Shown: positions 8,680 to 20,653, numbered from the stretch's first letter. The stretch is DNA of 64,000 nt from Setoptus koraiensis (GCA_048013815.1 CM106585.1:6262001-6326000), one strand, 5' to 3'. Notes: generated from the letters alone by a model not told the origin. Translations and numbers: made by a program.

Positions 8680-11411
8680 AGGCTTCGAACGCAGCAGCGA
8701 ACGCAGCGGCGAACGCTTCGAAGCCGCTCCGAAGCGTTCGGCCGAAATGAAGAAGCTTCGACAAATGCATCGCAATCAGATCGGCAATTGCGCCGGCAAC
8801 AGGCGACCAGCGACAGGCAACAACTATCGGCACAACAGCGCGCTTGAACGGCCACTTCCGGAGCGGCTCTGCCTGTCCGCAACACAGTCGCGCATTAGCG
8901 CTCGATCATTACGTTGGGTCAGGCGGGCGCTAGTGGCCAAAACGGCACAAGGTGAAAATAGTAATGACACATCTATATGATATGATCAAAACAAAACAAG
9001 GGTGCCACCGGTCATTATGCACTGATCACTGAAGCGCACCGATGCGGTCCGCTCTCGCAATCTCGTAATCGGGCCGCCACTGATGCTAGTCGTCGGGCCG
9101 CCGCCCGCCCTGCTACCCCTCGACCCTATCCCCCTTGCGCCGCTCTCGGTTGTTGCCGTCGACTTGTTCGCCCTTCGTTGCTGCCCTTGGCCGCGCTAGC
9201 TGGCCCGCCAGTGCCCGCGGCACAACAACCGGCGGCAACAGGTATCACGGGCACGGGCGACGGGGCACGGGTGGACCGGGGCTGAGTGTCGGACTGATTG
9301 TCGCGCCGCCTCACAAGCCGCGCGACGGGAGCATGTGTATTTAGCTATATATTTAAATATATATTTAACATGTATATTTGAATGCAGAGGCGCTCAAAGT
9401 CTCGACCCTTTAGCGAGAGTTTGTTGCGTCAAGCGGCAAGCAAGAGAGCGCCTCTCTCGGACACTTGTTGCCGGCCGAGAGCCGCCAATGATCGCCTGTG
9501 TCACTGGCGCACAAAACGACGATTTGTTGTCGTTGTGTCTGTCAATTAATTTGGTCCATTGTTTAATTTGTGCCCGTGCGTCACTTGTTTGCAGTGGTTG
9601 CAGTTGCAGGCGACACTGGGCCGGCCTGCGAACGCTTCGACTCTGCGAACGCTGCGAAAACTCCGACGCTGCGAACGCTTCGAACGCGGCGAGCGCTCGC
9701 GCTTCGAAAGTGACCAGTGCGGCCGCTTCGGTGGCTGCTGCGCGAAATCGAGTCGCTTGCGCACGATGGACATCCTCCAATTCTGGCTCTGATCCGAATT
9801 CGATTCGCCTCCGACTGCGAATTTGAATTCGCGTTCGAATCAGCGTTCGGATCAGCGTTCGAAACTCGAATCCCACTCCCGAGCGCACCTCTGCGCATCG
9901 TCGCCCCGTACGTCGCAATTCGCTTAATTTCAGCCCCGCAAGTCGACTAAATATACAAGTTGGCCGAATTTGCAAGTTGGCCGAACATGTAAGCCGGCTA
10001 ACGGTAGGCGTGATACCGGTCGGTTGTTGCATCATGCAAACTAATGACCAGTTCACTTTCTGCGCAGCGGCTGTTCCGCTGTTGTCGGCGCTGCTGTCGC
10101 TGTTGTCCAGTTGGTCGCGCCGGTCGGTCGCTGCAAGGTGGATGTCGCTGCTGTTCGCGTCGGGCCGGTGTCATCGTTGCCGAAATTGGCCGCTTGTTGG
10201 GCTGCCAAATGGCCGCTCGTTTCGCTGCTTGTTTTATAGTTGGTGAGCTGTTGTCGTTATCGGCGCTTGTCTCGTAATCGCGCTGGCTCATATTCACATT
10301 CGGACCGTTGTTGTCCAGTGAGAGTTGTGTATATTTCGAGAGCGCTGTCAGTGCGTTTGTGTGAGAACAAACGGACAAACGAACGCCAAATAAAGGCCAA
10401 CGAAGGCAAAACGAGCGGACAAACGAACGCCACCGAACGCCAAACGAACGCCAAGAAAACGAACAAACGAACGAGAATAAAAGAGAATGGACGCTCGTTG
10501 AGATATCATGCGAGATCGTTAATCAACTTATCGAATAAGCGCTGACGCTGTGCGCGTCGCCAGAGCCCGCGACTCGGTCCCGCGAGCGTGTGACCTTGCG
10601 CGGAGCGGGAGCGCCGCCACTCGCAGCGTCCCGAGCCGGGCCGCGACCGGCCGAGCGGCGACCAGTGGCGACCGAGCGGCGACCAGCGGCGACCGAGCCG
10701 CGACACGGCAAACTGTCGACACGCTTGCTCAGACACACACACAAGGGTCTTGTTGCTGGCTCACCTGTGCCACTAATGAAGACAAACAAACCGCTCGTTG
10801 CGCATCTCGGCGCGGCGCGGCCGCGACGGCCCGACCGCGGCCAAATGTCAAGTGGCCCGCTCGCACTGGCTTATGCAGACTGTATAATACAGTGGCGCTC
10901 ACATTGGCTCGTACAGTGGCGCTCACCTGTGCGCCGACCTGTGCCAACGGCGCTCGCTGCGACCGGGCTCGGGCCGGGTCTCGGGCTCGGGCCAAGTGTC
11001 AGGCGAGCGCTCGGGCGAGCAGCAATGAGTTTTTAATGAGAATTTAAATTGTGTGCCCGTCATGATCATGCAATCAGCGCCACCGGCCAGCAAACAAACT
11101 CACTTTATTATCATTGCGCACACTCGCTGCCGATACCCGGCCGATCGTCGGCTGGTTGTTGGCTGGCGCTCGCCCGGCGACGGCCAGCGGCCAGCGACGG
11201 GCAACAGGTGAACGGGGGCGACTCGCAAAATCGATCATGATCGAGAGACGATAGCAACGCAAACACAGTCGCCGTGAGACAACAAACAGGGCTCTGGTTG
11301 CGCTGCCCGAGCCGCCACCCGGCACCGGATCGGTGCCCACTCGTTGCCCACTTGGCCAGTATTGGCGGGTATTACCCGTCGCGGTGGGCATTATTTGCCC
11401 GTTAGTTGACG

Positions 11412-11581
11412 ACAAACCGGCTAGCAACCAGCGGCCAGCAGCGACCGACCGACTGCAAACGGCCAATGACAAACACACAAGCGAGCCAACTGTTTGTGTG
11501 TTTGTCTTTGGCCTTTCAGCTGGTTGCTTGTTGGTTGTGGTCAGTTGCTCGCTGGTTGGCGTCGGTTGCTCGCCGGTTTGT
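11412..11581 (+). other. Long imperfect inverted repeat / potential 170-nt RNA hairpin
   Basis: Outer stem 11412-11429/11564-11581 (17 of 18 paired), middle stem about 11432-11450/11539-11558, inner stem 11461-11482/11492-11513 (22 bp, 1 mismatch, 1 G.U). Confidence 0.8.
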
Positions 11582-14090
11582 GTGCCGTCGCGGGCAAAAT
11601 GAATAATTAATAACTTGCCGGCTCGTCACCAGTTGCGGCCACTGGCGAGCAGGCAAGTTAGCAGGGCGAGCGGGCCGCTGCTCGGCACGCAATTGGGCCG
11701 GCAATTGATGGCCACTTGGCGGCTCGGGCACCTTCTCACGGTGTCGTGTCGCGGGTGATTAGCAATTTGTTGGCCGGCGCGGCCAGCAGCGCGGCCAGCA
11801 GCGCGGCAAAACGGCGTCAAATCATCATTTCATGACATGCAAATCATGCGATGCACGGAGCCACCGTCGCAATTGCGTCACAATGCGCCCTTTAAAACGA
11901 CTGAAATTATCGAGAAGCATTTATCTATTGATGGCTGTTGATCTGCGCACAGTAATAATGAATCTCTGTGCCGAATCGAGATTATCCGCGCTCGGCGCGC
12001 ATAGTGCCGTCAGTATCAGTGCTTTCAGCCGGCCACCGTCGGCCCGTTGGCCGAAACTGCGAGTCGACCCGAGCTGCAAGCGGCCCGAACCGCGCGGACA
12101 GCGGCCCGAACCGCGCGGACAGCGGCACCCGACCCGCGACCGGAATGGCTCAATTGAGCGGCCGATCGCGTCACCGTGAGCCCGTGAACCTGTGCGATTG
12201 TTGCCATTATCGCGGCCAGTTTCATTGTTATCTGTCGCAGACTGTGCGACCAGTAGCGAGGTCGATTGTGCCGGCGATGACACTTGCCATTAAATTGAGC
12301 GCCGGTCGCTGTCGATCCGCCGTCGCCCGTTGTCGCCCGTCGTCGCTCGTTGGCGCTCGCTGGCGTTGCATCGATTGCGCCGGACAATCGCCAGCGACAG
12401 CCGCTGACCACTGTGCACAGCCGAGTGGCGCTGAGTTCATCATGATTCATTAGTTCATTAGATGGTCGATAGGAGATAAGCGGCGCTCGCAGCAGCCAGA
12501 CAATAAACGGGCGATTGGCCGGCGCGGACCTGTTGCTGGCGGGTGCAATTTGCATGCGATTATCCGCCGCCAGTGGCGCTTATCTCGGCCATCAATCGGG
12601 CCGCGAGCGGCGCAAAATATTGGGAGGCCGGTGCAACGCACCAAACTAGATACTGTCACATACAACAACCATAATACCATGATACAACAATTATAATACA
12701 ACGACCATAATATAATGACAATACGCGCTCATCGGGAGGTGGCGCTGCCGCGTGAATCCAGTGGCAAGTTGGTGACGCTCAAGCAACTCGCAATCTGGCC
12801 ACTCGCAATTTGTGAGGCCCCAGAGGCGAGCCAGCTGACCAGTGGACGGTCGGCCGGTCGCCAACTGCCGCCGACACACACACACACACTGACGGTCAGT
12901 GACTGACCATCAGTGGCGGATTTGGTTGCCTGGCAACCACGGCCAACAACACAATTTCAATGGGGTCACCGGGGGCAACCAGAGCTCGAGACAGGCCGAG
13001 CTCGTTTGCGCGTGCTCATTTTAATTGAGCGTGTCCTGCACTTCCTGCCGCCGCACTGTATGGGGCGCCGCGGTGCGGTCAAGTGCGCCACTGTCGCCAC
13101 TTGACCACTGGTGCACTCTGATGGGTAGAGCTGCTGAGTAGGGCTGCTGAGTAGGGCGTAGGGTAGATGGCGCTCGACAACTTGCACTTCAGTGTCAACC
13201 CAACACTTGCGTCAAGTGCACCAGTGTCCGGTGGCGCCATCTACCACTGACCAGTGGCCTCAGGCGACTAATATCATGACATCGTAATATCATGACATCG
13301 TAATATCATGGTGCGCGCAACCTCTTGATTATGCAGATGTCGCTGACTGTTGTTTCACTCACACACTCGCTAATTGATTAGATTTGCAATTAAGTTTGTT
13401 TGCGCGATTACGTAATACGCATTTCGTAACTTGTGACTTTTCGCGACTTGTGCAACTTATCCACAAGTTGCGATTCACTAGTTGCGATTCGCAAGTTGCG
13501 CATCATTCAGAAGTGCAAACTCCATTAGACACACAGCAGTTAGCCCCCGTTGCATAATAACAAACACAGCCGATAATAATTGAAGCCGTTCCAATTGAAA
13601 CGATGCCCGCCATTCATGCCAGCCAGCCGTGCCGGCGCCCCTGCGACAGGTGAATACAGCGACTAATGCCGAGCGACGAGCCAGCGGAAATAATTCAATT
13701 TTGATTATGACAATAATGGCGTCATGCAAATGACAACGTCTGGCAATGTCTGACAATGTCTGACAATGTCAGGCAAACGCATCCACTCGTCGCCGGCATT
13801 ACAACAACAGGTGACACAGACCTGTCAAGCGACAACAGTGACCTAACCAACAGCGACTTTGAGCAGTCTCAACTATAGTCTGAACTGCAGCAGCATACAT
13901 CACCGACGCGCACCAATCTGAGGGCTGATCAATCGCTGATTTGACGGAAGCCAGCATTGAATTAATTAAATTAAATTGTTTTTTTTTGTTTTAAATTGAA
14001 CTGGCCAATCGCCACAATTTGTAATATTTGTCACAATATCACAGTACGAGATTGTCTTCCATTCGAGACACACCAATCGACGGCAGCAAG

Positions 14091-15114
14091 ATGAAACAAT
14101 CCAACAAGTGCGCAAGCAAACACAAATTTTGCCCATCGTGGCCGCTGCTGATATTCATATTAATTGTGGCCACATTAATCTTTGCCGGTCAAGCAAACGC
14201 AAACCATCACTCGAACGCGGTCACTCAAGAGGATCTTGAGCGACTGCTCAACGACAGCAACCAAGAGGACAATTCAATCGTGTATCATAGAGAGGCCAGA
14301 AGTATTCGCGGTCACCGGGGCGCGCACCACGGCCATCACTCGCACGCGTCGGACAGAAGACGCCACCAAGCGGCCAGAAAAAGATCTATGAGCAGTTCGG
14401 CTCGGTCACTCGAATCGCACCTATTGCACCAAAAGGGGCCCCACCTATTGCCCGTAATTAAACCCGTTCACAAAACAACCAATCATGTCATTGCCAGCGC
14501 ACTGCCTGTGCAACAACACTTTTACAAGGCTGCCGAGAGACAATTGAATCACAACCACCATCATCACAATTTGCACCACCATTCACCACTGCGCCACCGA
14601 GTGGTCAAGCGGGCAACTGCACCCACTGGGCCCCAATCGGCCCTTAAGCAAGCGGCCGCCCTCGTCAACAAAACAATAAGCCAGCCTCCGGCGGCAGCAC
14701 CCACATCGGCGCCCGCAACAACCGCTTCGAAAGTGGTAGCCTCAATAGTGGCGCCAGCGGAAACAACCAAGCCGCAAACAAAACCAACAATCCCGGCAAA
14801 ACCGGCCAGCCCAACAAAACCAGCCAGCCCAGCAAAAACGGCCAGCCCAGCAAAACCAACAGCACCAACAAAACCAACGATCCCAGCGAAACCGACAATC
14901 CCAACAAAACCAACGGCACCAACGACGACAGCTGAGCCAGCCAAAGCGGGCGACGAGGCAGTCGCAGCGAAAAATAATCTCTCACTTCCGGTGGACAGCG
15001 GCAACAAAACATCGAGCTGGGCAAGCAAGCACCACAAAAACGGCGACGACGACGATGATGACTATGATTACGACTACGGCGACGACGAGTCGGAAGGCAA
15101 CGGCCAAAGAGGGC
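14091..15114 (+). CDS. Orphan secreted His-rich, Pro/Thr/Lys-repeat protein, exon 1
   Basis: ATG at 14091 and a signal peptide (MKQSNKCASKHKFCPSWPLLIFILIVATLIFAGQANA). Basic sites REAR, RKR and RVVKR; KPTIPA/KPASPT hexapeptide repeats; DDDDDYDYDY tract. Ends at a phase-1 donor GGGC|GTAAGT. Confidence 0.85.
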
Positions 15115-15309
15115 GTAAGTTGCGAGTTTTTTTGCCCAAATTGTGCAAATTGCGCACCAATTGCTCAATTTGCACACTTTGAGCAGTTTAGTTGAATCAA
15201 TTAGCGCTGATTAATCTTTAATTAATTTTTAATTAATCTTTAATTAATTATCTAATCAATAATGTCTGTCGAAATCGCCCAATTTACCTGCATCTTCCTG
15301 TGTCGACAG

Positions 15310-15818
15310 TGTTCAATGGCAATCACAAGGGCAAGGCTCGCAGGACAGGCAAGAAGAAAAAATCGGCCCCGGCGCCGGGCGCCTTCTCAATTCCGACTCT
15401 AAATTGGAACATAAATGAGATATCCGACACCGATGACTTTGTGCGGCCATTTGCACCGCCGCTGGCGCCACCTTTCAAACCGGCAAAATTGGGCAACCTG
15501 TTCAAGCCAGGGTCGGCAGGGGCGCCCCATCATCACGTGGGCAAGAAGGGCTTCAAGCCCACCAACATCTACAAGGCTCTGCTGGGCGCCATATCGGTAA
15601 TTAGTGTGCTGGGCGTCATCGGCGACCTGACGAGCCAATTCTCCGATTCCGCGAGCCAAGAATTGTTGCACGGGTTCGTGTCTAAGATGGTGGAGACAAT
15701 GGTTGAGTTTATGATACAAGTGTTCGGCGGTCACAATCTGCTGAGCGACGGCCTGGCGCCGGGCGCCAGCAAATTTTTTACCGACGTGATCACCGGAAGT
15801 CTGGTGAGCGCCCTCTAG
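15310..15818 (+). CDS. Orphan secreted protein, exon 2 (hydrophobic/amphipathic C-terminus); spliced product 510 aa
   Basis: Acceptor GACAG| in matching phase 1 after a 195-nt AT-rich intron. Open to TAG at 15816-15818; AATAAA 50 nt downstream. Confidence 0.85.
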
Positions 15819-15868
15819 AGTTCAGAGTTCAGAGTCTAGAGTCTAGAGCGGGGCGATCGCGATGAATC

Positions 15869-15874
15869 AATAAA
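15869..15874 (+). promoter_or_regulatory. Polyadenylation signal of the orphan gene
   Basis: AATAAA 50 nt after the stop codon. Confidence 0.7.
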
Positions 15875-15919
15875 ATGAATCAAAGGCACGCGAGCTGCGA
15901 GTCGATATTCACGGATGAA

Positions 15920-15944
15920 TTTATTATTTTACCGCGTTTTTATT
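15920..15944 (-). promoter_or_regulatory. Two AATAAA polyadenylation signals of the Sidestep-like gene
   Basis: TTTATT on + at 15920-15925 and 15939-15944, 110-140 nt beyond the stop at 16057. Confidence 0.6.
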
Positions 15945-16056
15945 AACAGTTAACAGTTAGTACACAGTTTAAATCAATCAGATCGCTTGGCGGGTCACAA
16001 ATCGCCTCGGTCGAGCCACCGGGCCGGCCGAGGCGGGCGACGGTGGCGCCGCCAAA

Positions 16057-17420
16057 TCAGTCGCGGTGGTTGCACAACTCGCCGGCGGCTTGCTGCCTCT
16101 GGCTGGTCAATTGCAACTTGTCGCCAGTGGTGCAACCATTGAACTGTTGGTGGCGCTGCGACTGGTATATGGTCGAGGTGGAGTTGGAGGTGGCCGCGCT
16201 AGAGCAGGGCGACGACAGCGGGCACTGGTCGGCGTCGTACATCAAATTGCTGTTGTTGCTCAGTTGCAATATTAAGGCGCTGTCGCGGTGCCCGTCATCG
16301 TCGCTGGACGAGTATATCCGGTTGCGGTGTGTGCCGTAGTGCGAGTTGGTGACGCAATTGTTGCCTGGCGGCCGGACCAGGTAACAATTGTGATGGTCGA
16401 GCGTTGCGTATTGGGTGCCTGGGTTGTCGCCAAATGTCGCAAAATCGCCAACTGCGACCGCCGACTGCTGGTTGCGGTCAATTGCGGCCGTTTGCGCCGA
16501 CTTGAGCCGATGCAAATAGTGCAAACTGCGCAAATTGGGCACAGCATGATGATGATGATGATGATGATTGTGACGGGTGATATATGACGATTGGTTGCTG
16601 GCCGATGACGACCGCGTGTTGGTTGTTGCGCCGCTCACCTGTTGGCGCAGCGAGCCCGTTGTTGTTGCGTTGGCCGTTGTTGTTTCGATGCAACTGTAGC
16701 TGCAGTTGCTCGACGAATCGTTTGGCGACGACATCGACAACGACGACATGCCGTCGCGCTGTCTCACCTGATGAGATGTCAAACTGTCACAGGCGGTGAG
16801 CTGATGTTGCAACGGGTTGCCGCCGTTGTTTGACACATGACTCATCAGATGGTGCTGCTGCTGCTGTTGTTGCTGCTGATGGTGGGCCCCACCTGTTGGC
16901 GGGGGCGACAAACAAACGACGGGCGACTGACCGGTGAGCAGCGTGAAGCGATCGGCCCCGTCGCTCATGAAGCTGCCGTCAACTGTCATGGCGAGCGTCT
17001 CCATGACAACGCACTCGGGCTTCTCGTCCAGTGTCGACGGCGACACACCCACCACGTGCTCGCCGTCCGCGCGGCACGTACCGAGCGCGCCCGCCGCCGA
17101 CACGAGATAGTCGCCGTAGTCGCCGAATGCGTCATCTATCACAATTTCCTGTCGCTGCTTCTTGCTCTTCAGGGTGGCCAGCTCGAAGCCGTCCTCGTGT
17201 CCGGGTGCCGCGTCGGCGCCGGCCGGAAATAAATGCGGCGGCAGTTGGTGTGGCGGCGGCACGTGATGCGGATTGTCCGCGCGGACAATTGTGCCGTTGT
17301 CCATGGCGAATCTCACCTGCATTAGGGAGTGCTGCTGCTGCTGGTCCGTCGGCTGGCCGGTCTCGGCGAAGGGGCGCGGCGCAAACGTAAACCCGTCGTT
17401 GTCCGCACTGAGCGCCATGG
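16057..17420 (-). CDS. Sidestep-family receptor, last coding exon (low-complexity cytoplasmic tail)
   Basis: Acceptor TTGCAG|CC ATG GCG in phase 1, matching the upstream donor; open for 454 codons to the stop. Q/H/S/T-rich. Confidence 0.85.
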
Positions 17421-17603
17421 CTGCAATTGTGATTGCACAATTTGGTTCAGTGCAGGTACAATGCGGATGGGAGACGATGGGAGCAGATGGGAGAAAGTTG
17501 GGAGACAACGGAGCACGATCGGGAGACGGTTGGGAGACGATTAAAATGTTGCCTGGCGCGGAGAGAAATCATCAACGAGTGATCGGAACTGGGCGGTAGT
17601 TAC

Positions 17604-19196
17604 CCGTTGCGCTGCAGTTAGACTTGGCACCGCTGGTCGTGGAGCTGGCGCCCGTCACGTTGCTGGAGGAGCAGGCCGACAGAGTGGACGTTTGGCTGCA
17701 CGTGGAATTGGTGGTGGTGGTGGCGGTCTTGCTGGACCCGGCGGCGCCGGCGGCGGCGGCCCGCTGCCGCTTGAATCGGACGAGACCGACGGTCAGCAAG
17801 CAGAGCGACACGCTCAGGCAAACGGCGCCCGCGAGCATGAGCGCCACCAACCACTTGCTGGCGCGCTGCCACGACAGCTGGAGCGGGCCGTCCGGCGTGG
17901 GGCCCCTGTTGCTGTGGTTGTTGTTGTTGTTGTTGGCGGTGGTGGCCACGGCGGCTGACCACAGCGACAACGGTAAATTGTTGTTATGTAACATGTGAGT
18001 GCTGCCACTGGTGTACTGCTGCGGCTGCCGTTGCTTGCCGCCGACGGCGCCATCCTGTTGCCCGTTGGTCCGGTTGCCGTTTCCGGCCAGCGTGGCGAGG
18101 TACTCGTAGACGGGCATCACCAGCGCGGCGCCATCTAGCTCGCGGTTGGGCGAGCCCGGACCCAGCAAATTCGAAGCGTACACCCAAAAGCGGAGCCTGG
18201 CCAGCAGGCCCACCCATCGGTCCAGTTGGTGGGCGTAGCTGGCCTCGTAATCGGGCGCTTTTGGGTCGCCATTAGCGGTGGCGCGGTCGCCGTCGGGGGA
18301 GCGGTCGCCGCTGTCGGACAGCACTTGCCGCCAGACACTCTGCAAGTGGGCCGCATTTAGCGTGAACTTGGGCCCCATTGTCGAGTTCAGTTTCAGCAGT
18401 CGCACCAGGTTGCCGTGATCCAATTTGAGCTGGGGCCCCGGATTGTTTGCCGGCTGCCAAGTGACCGGGTCGCCACCGACGCCGTTGCTGGCGTTCGTGG
18501 CGCCGGCAGCGGCCGGCGGGCTGTCCGAGTAGTACACGTCCATGTGGTAGGTGAGCGATTTTGATTGTTTGTGGCCCTCTAGCGGGCGGCACTCGAACAC
18601 CAGATTTAAATTGTTCACATTGGCCTCTTTCGGCTTGTTCGTGCCGGTGTCCACGCCGCCGGTCACACCCTCGGCAGGCGCCTCTTCCGGTTGCGCGGGC
18701 TGGCCCGCGGCTGGCGGCTGCGCCTGATCGGAGCCGGCGCCCAAATCGACGAAGAATTTGGGCATCATCCGGCACATTTGCAACATTTTTGGCACACCCA
18801 CGGGCCTAATTAATATCTGGCAGGGTTCGCGCTGCACACCGACGGAGTTTTTTGCCCGACAATTAATTAGTCCGTACTCCTGAACGATATAATTGAATTT
18901 GTTTGCTGGTGTCACATTGGTCGTTTGCGTTGTGTCATTGTCAAACTTGTCGCTGGCGGCCCGATCGTAATGTTTACCGTCCGATTGCCAATCCAAATGG
19001 GTCCACTCGTACGAATCAATGGGCACGTCCGACTCCACCAGACACTGCAGTTCCAGTTGGGTGTCCAGCTCGACCGAATACACGAATTGCAGCTTGCCCG
19101 CGGCCGTTTTGCTGATCCAATCGGGCAACTCGACACCGGCGGACCCGTTGTCCGACGCGTTGTCGCCCACTGTCGAGGGGGCGCATGTGGGCCGGG
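17604..19196 (-). CDS. Sidestep-family receptor exon: Ig5, FN3-like region, transmembrane helix and start of cytoplasmic tail
   Basis: LELQCLVES..YEW..YGLINCRAKNSVGVQREPC is the Side-type Ig5 signature. TM segment LVALMLAGAVCLSVSLCLLTVGLV. Acceptor CCAG| and donor ACG G|GTAACT, both phase 1. Confidence 0.92.
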
Positions 19197-19328
19197 CTGG
19201 CATGTGCGGATAATTGGATAATTCATTATAAATTATAATTAATTTGCAAGTTTTTCAAGTAATTCAAAACTATCGCCATTCATAATTATCCAATCGTAAT
19301 TATAAATGATGATTAATGAGATACGTAC

Positions 19329-19626
19329 TGTGAACCACGACGGACACGTGCTGGCTGGCCGCGCTGGCCAGCTTGTTGGTGGCCTGGCACCAGTATTTGT
19401 TTTGGTCCGATTTGGTCAGTTGCGCGATCAACAGCGAATTGGTGCCGTTATCAGTATTTTTCAGTGTGTATTTTTGGCGTGCGAGGCCCGGCAAAAATGT
19501 GCCAATTTTATCCTCTGCTTGTTGTTTATCACTGTTGGCTTCCGGCTGCTGGCCCTGCAACAACAACTGCCTGCTCACTAATTGTCCATTGGCATACCAG
19601 GCGATCTCACTAACGCCGGGATTGGA
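19329..19626 (-). CDS. Sidestep-family receptor exon: second half of Ig4
   Basis: SNPGVSEIAWYANG...DQNKYWCQATN; phase-0 acceptor and phase-1 donor A|GTACGT. Confidence 0.92.
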
Positions 19627-19863
19627 CTGGCACGGGCGAAACGGAAACGATTGAATTATTCACCATAATTACATGTGTGACATGTCGTATGTGTTGCCAT
19701 TATGTGAATTCTGGCCAGAATTGAGGTTTCGGGGGCCAGAATTTCGCCGAGAAAACGTATCTCTTCCTGCTGGAAAATCACGCCAGATCCATCTCGGCAT
19801 AGCAAGAGATTTTAAGCAATTTTACGCAATTTTACACAGTTTTACACACAGTTTGACACTCAC

Positions 19864-19982
19864 CTGGATGTTGCACTGGAGCAGCGCGTCCGTTTGCTCC
19901 ACAAACGTGTACTCGTGCTGCTTGTGCAAATTGTTGCCGTCACGCAACGATCCCACCACGCTCAGCGACACCTGGGGGCCGA
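19864..19982 (-). CDS. Sidestep-family receptor exon: first half of Ig4
   Basis: FGPQVSLSV...DALLQCNIQ; acceptor CTAG| and donor CAG|GTGAGT. Too short to appear in the ORF track. Confidence 0.9.
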
Positions 19983-20152
19983 CTAGATAGCGGATATTTG
20001 GACGGATGATTGAGCGGACAATTGAGCGGATATTCGAAAGGATTATTGAGCGGATATTCGAACAGAAATTTGTTAATGTCAGCCAGTCGCAAATCGGTCG
20101 GCTTCAGCAAACGGCCGAACAAACACAAGGGAAACGAATCACGCATACTTAC

Positions 20153-20653
20153 ACAGCACGTCCAGTATGATGCTGGTCATAATGAGGCCGGCGGGCCGGT
20201 CGTCGTCGGCGTCGGCCTCGTAACGGCCGGCGCTCATTGCCTCGTTTCGGGCCCGGCATGTCAGCCGCTTGCCGTTGTCCTCTGGCCTGACGAGAAAGTT
20301 CAATATGCTGGTGGTGACATAACCCGACTCCGACATGGACTGACCGATGCCCTCCACGAGGCCCGAATCTTCCTTGTACCAGCTGATGGTGGCCGGCGGT
20401 CTGGAGCCCCGCGACTGGCAAACAAATTGGGCCCGCTGTTGGGCCAGCAACGTCTTGTGGGGCGCCTTTTTCGCCGGTTTCGGCAAGCGCTCCTCCGCTG
20501 GCTGTGTCGCAACTTGAGACCCGAAATTGGAGCTAAAATTGAGTTTGTCGTCCATTGGTCCCGCTTCCGGTTGCTGCCCGACGCCGCCGTCCAGCGGATC
20601 GCCGTCGCTGGCCGATCGCGAGGCCAGCAATATTTCGATGTGTTTCGGGGCCA
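20153..20653 (-). CDS. Sidestep-family receptor exon: Ig3
   Basis: QFVCQSRGSRPPATISWYK...DNGKRLTCRARN; acceptor CGCAG| and donor T|GTAAGT. Confidence 0.93.

Noticed and set aside
1156-13756. Numerous 60-220 aa ORFs on both strands
   Set aside because: Overlapping frames in stop-poor, repeat-rich DNA; Arg/Ala/Cys-biased, with no domains and no consistent splice chains beyond the one reported.
14564-15177. Hydrophobic minus-strand ORFs resembling membrane proteins
   Set aside because: Antisense shadows of the Pro/Thr/Lys repeats in the orphan gene.
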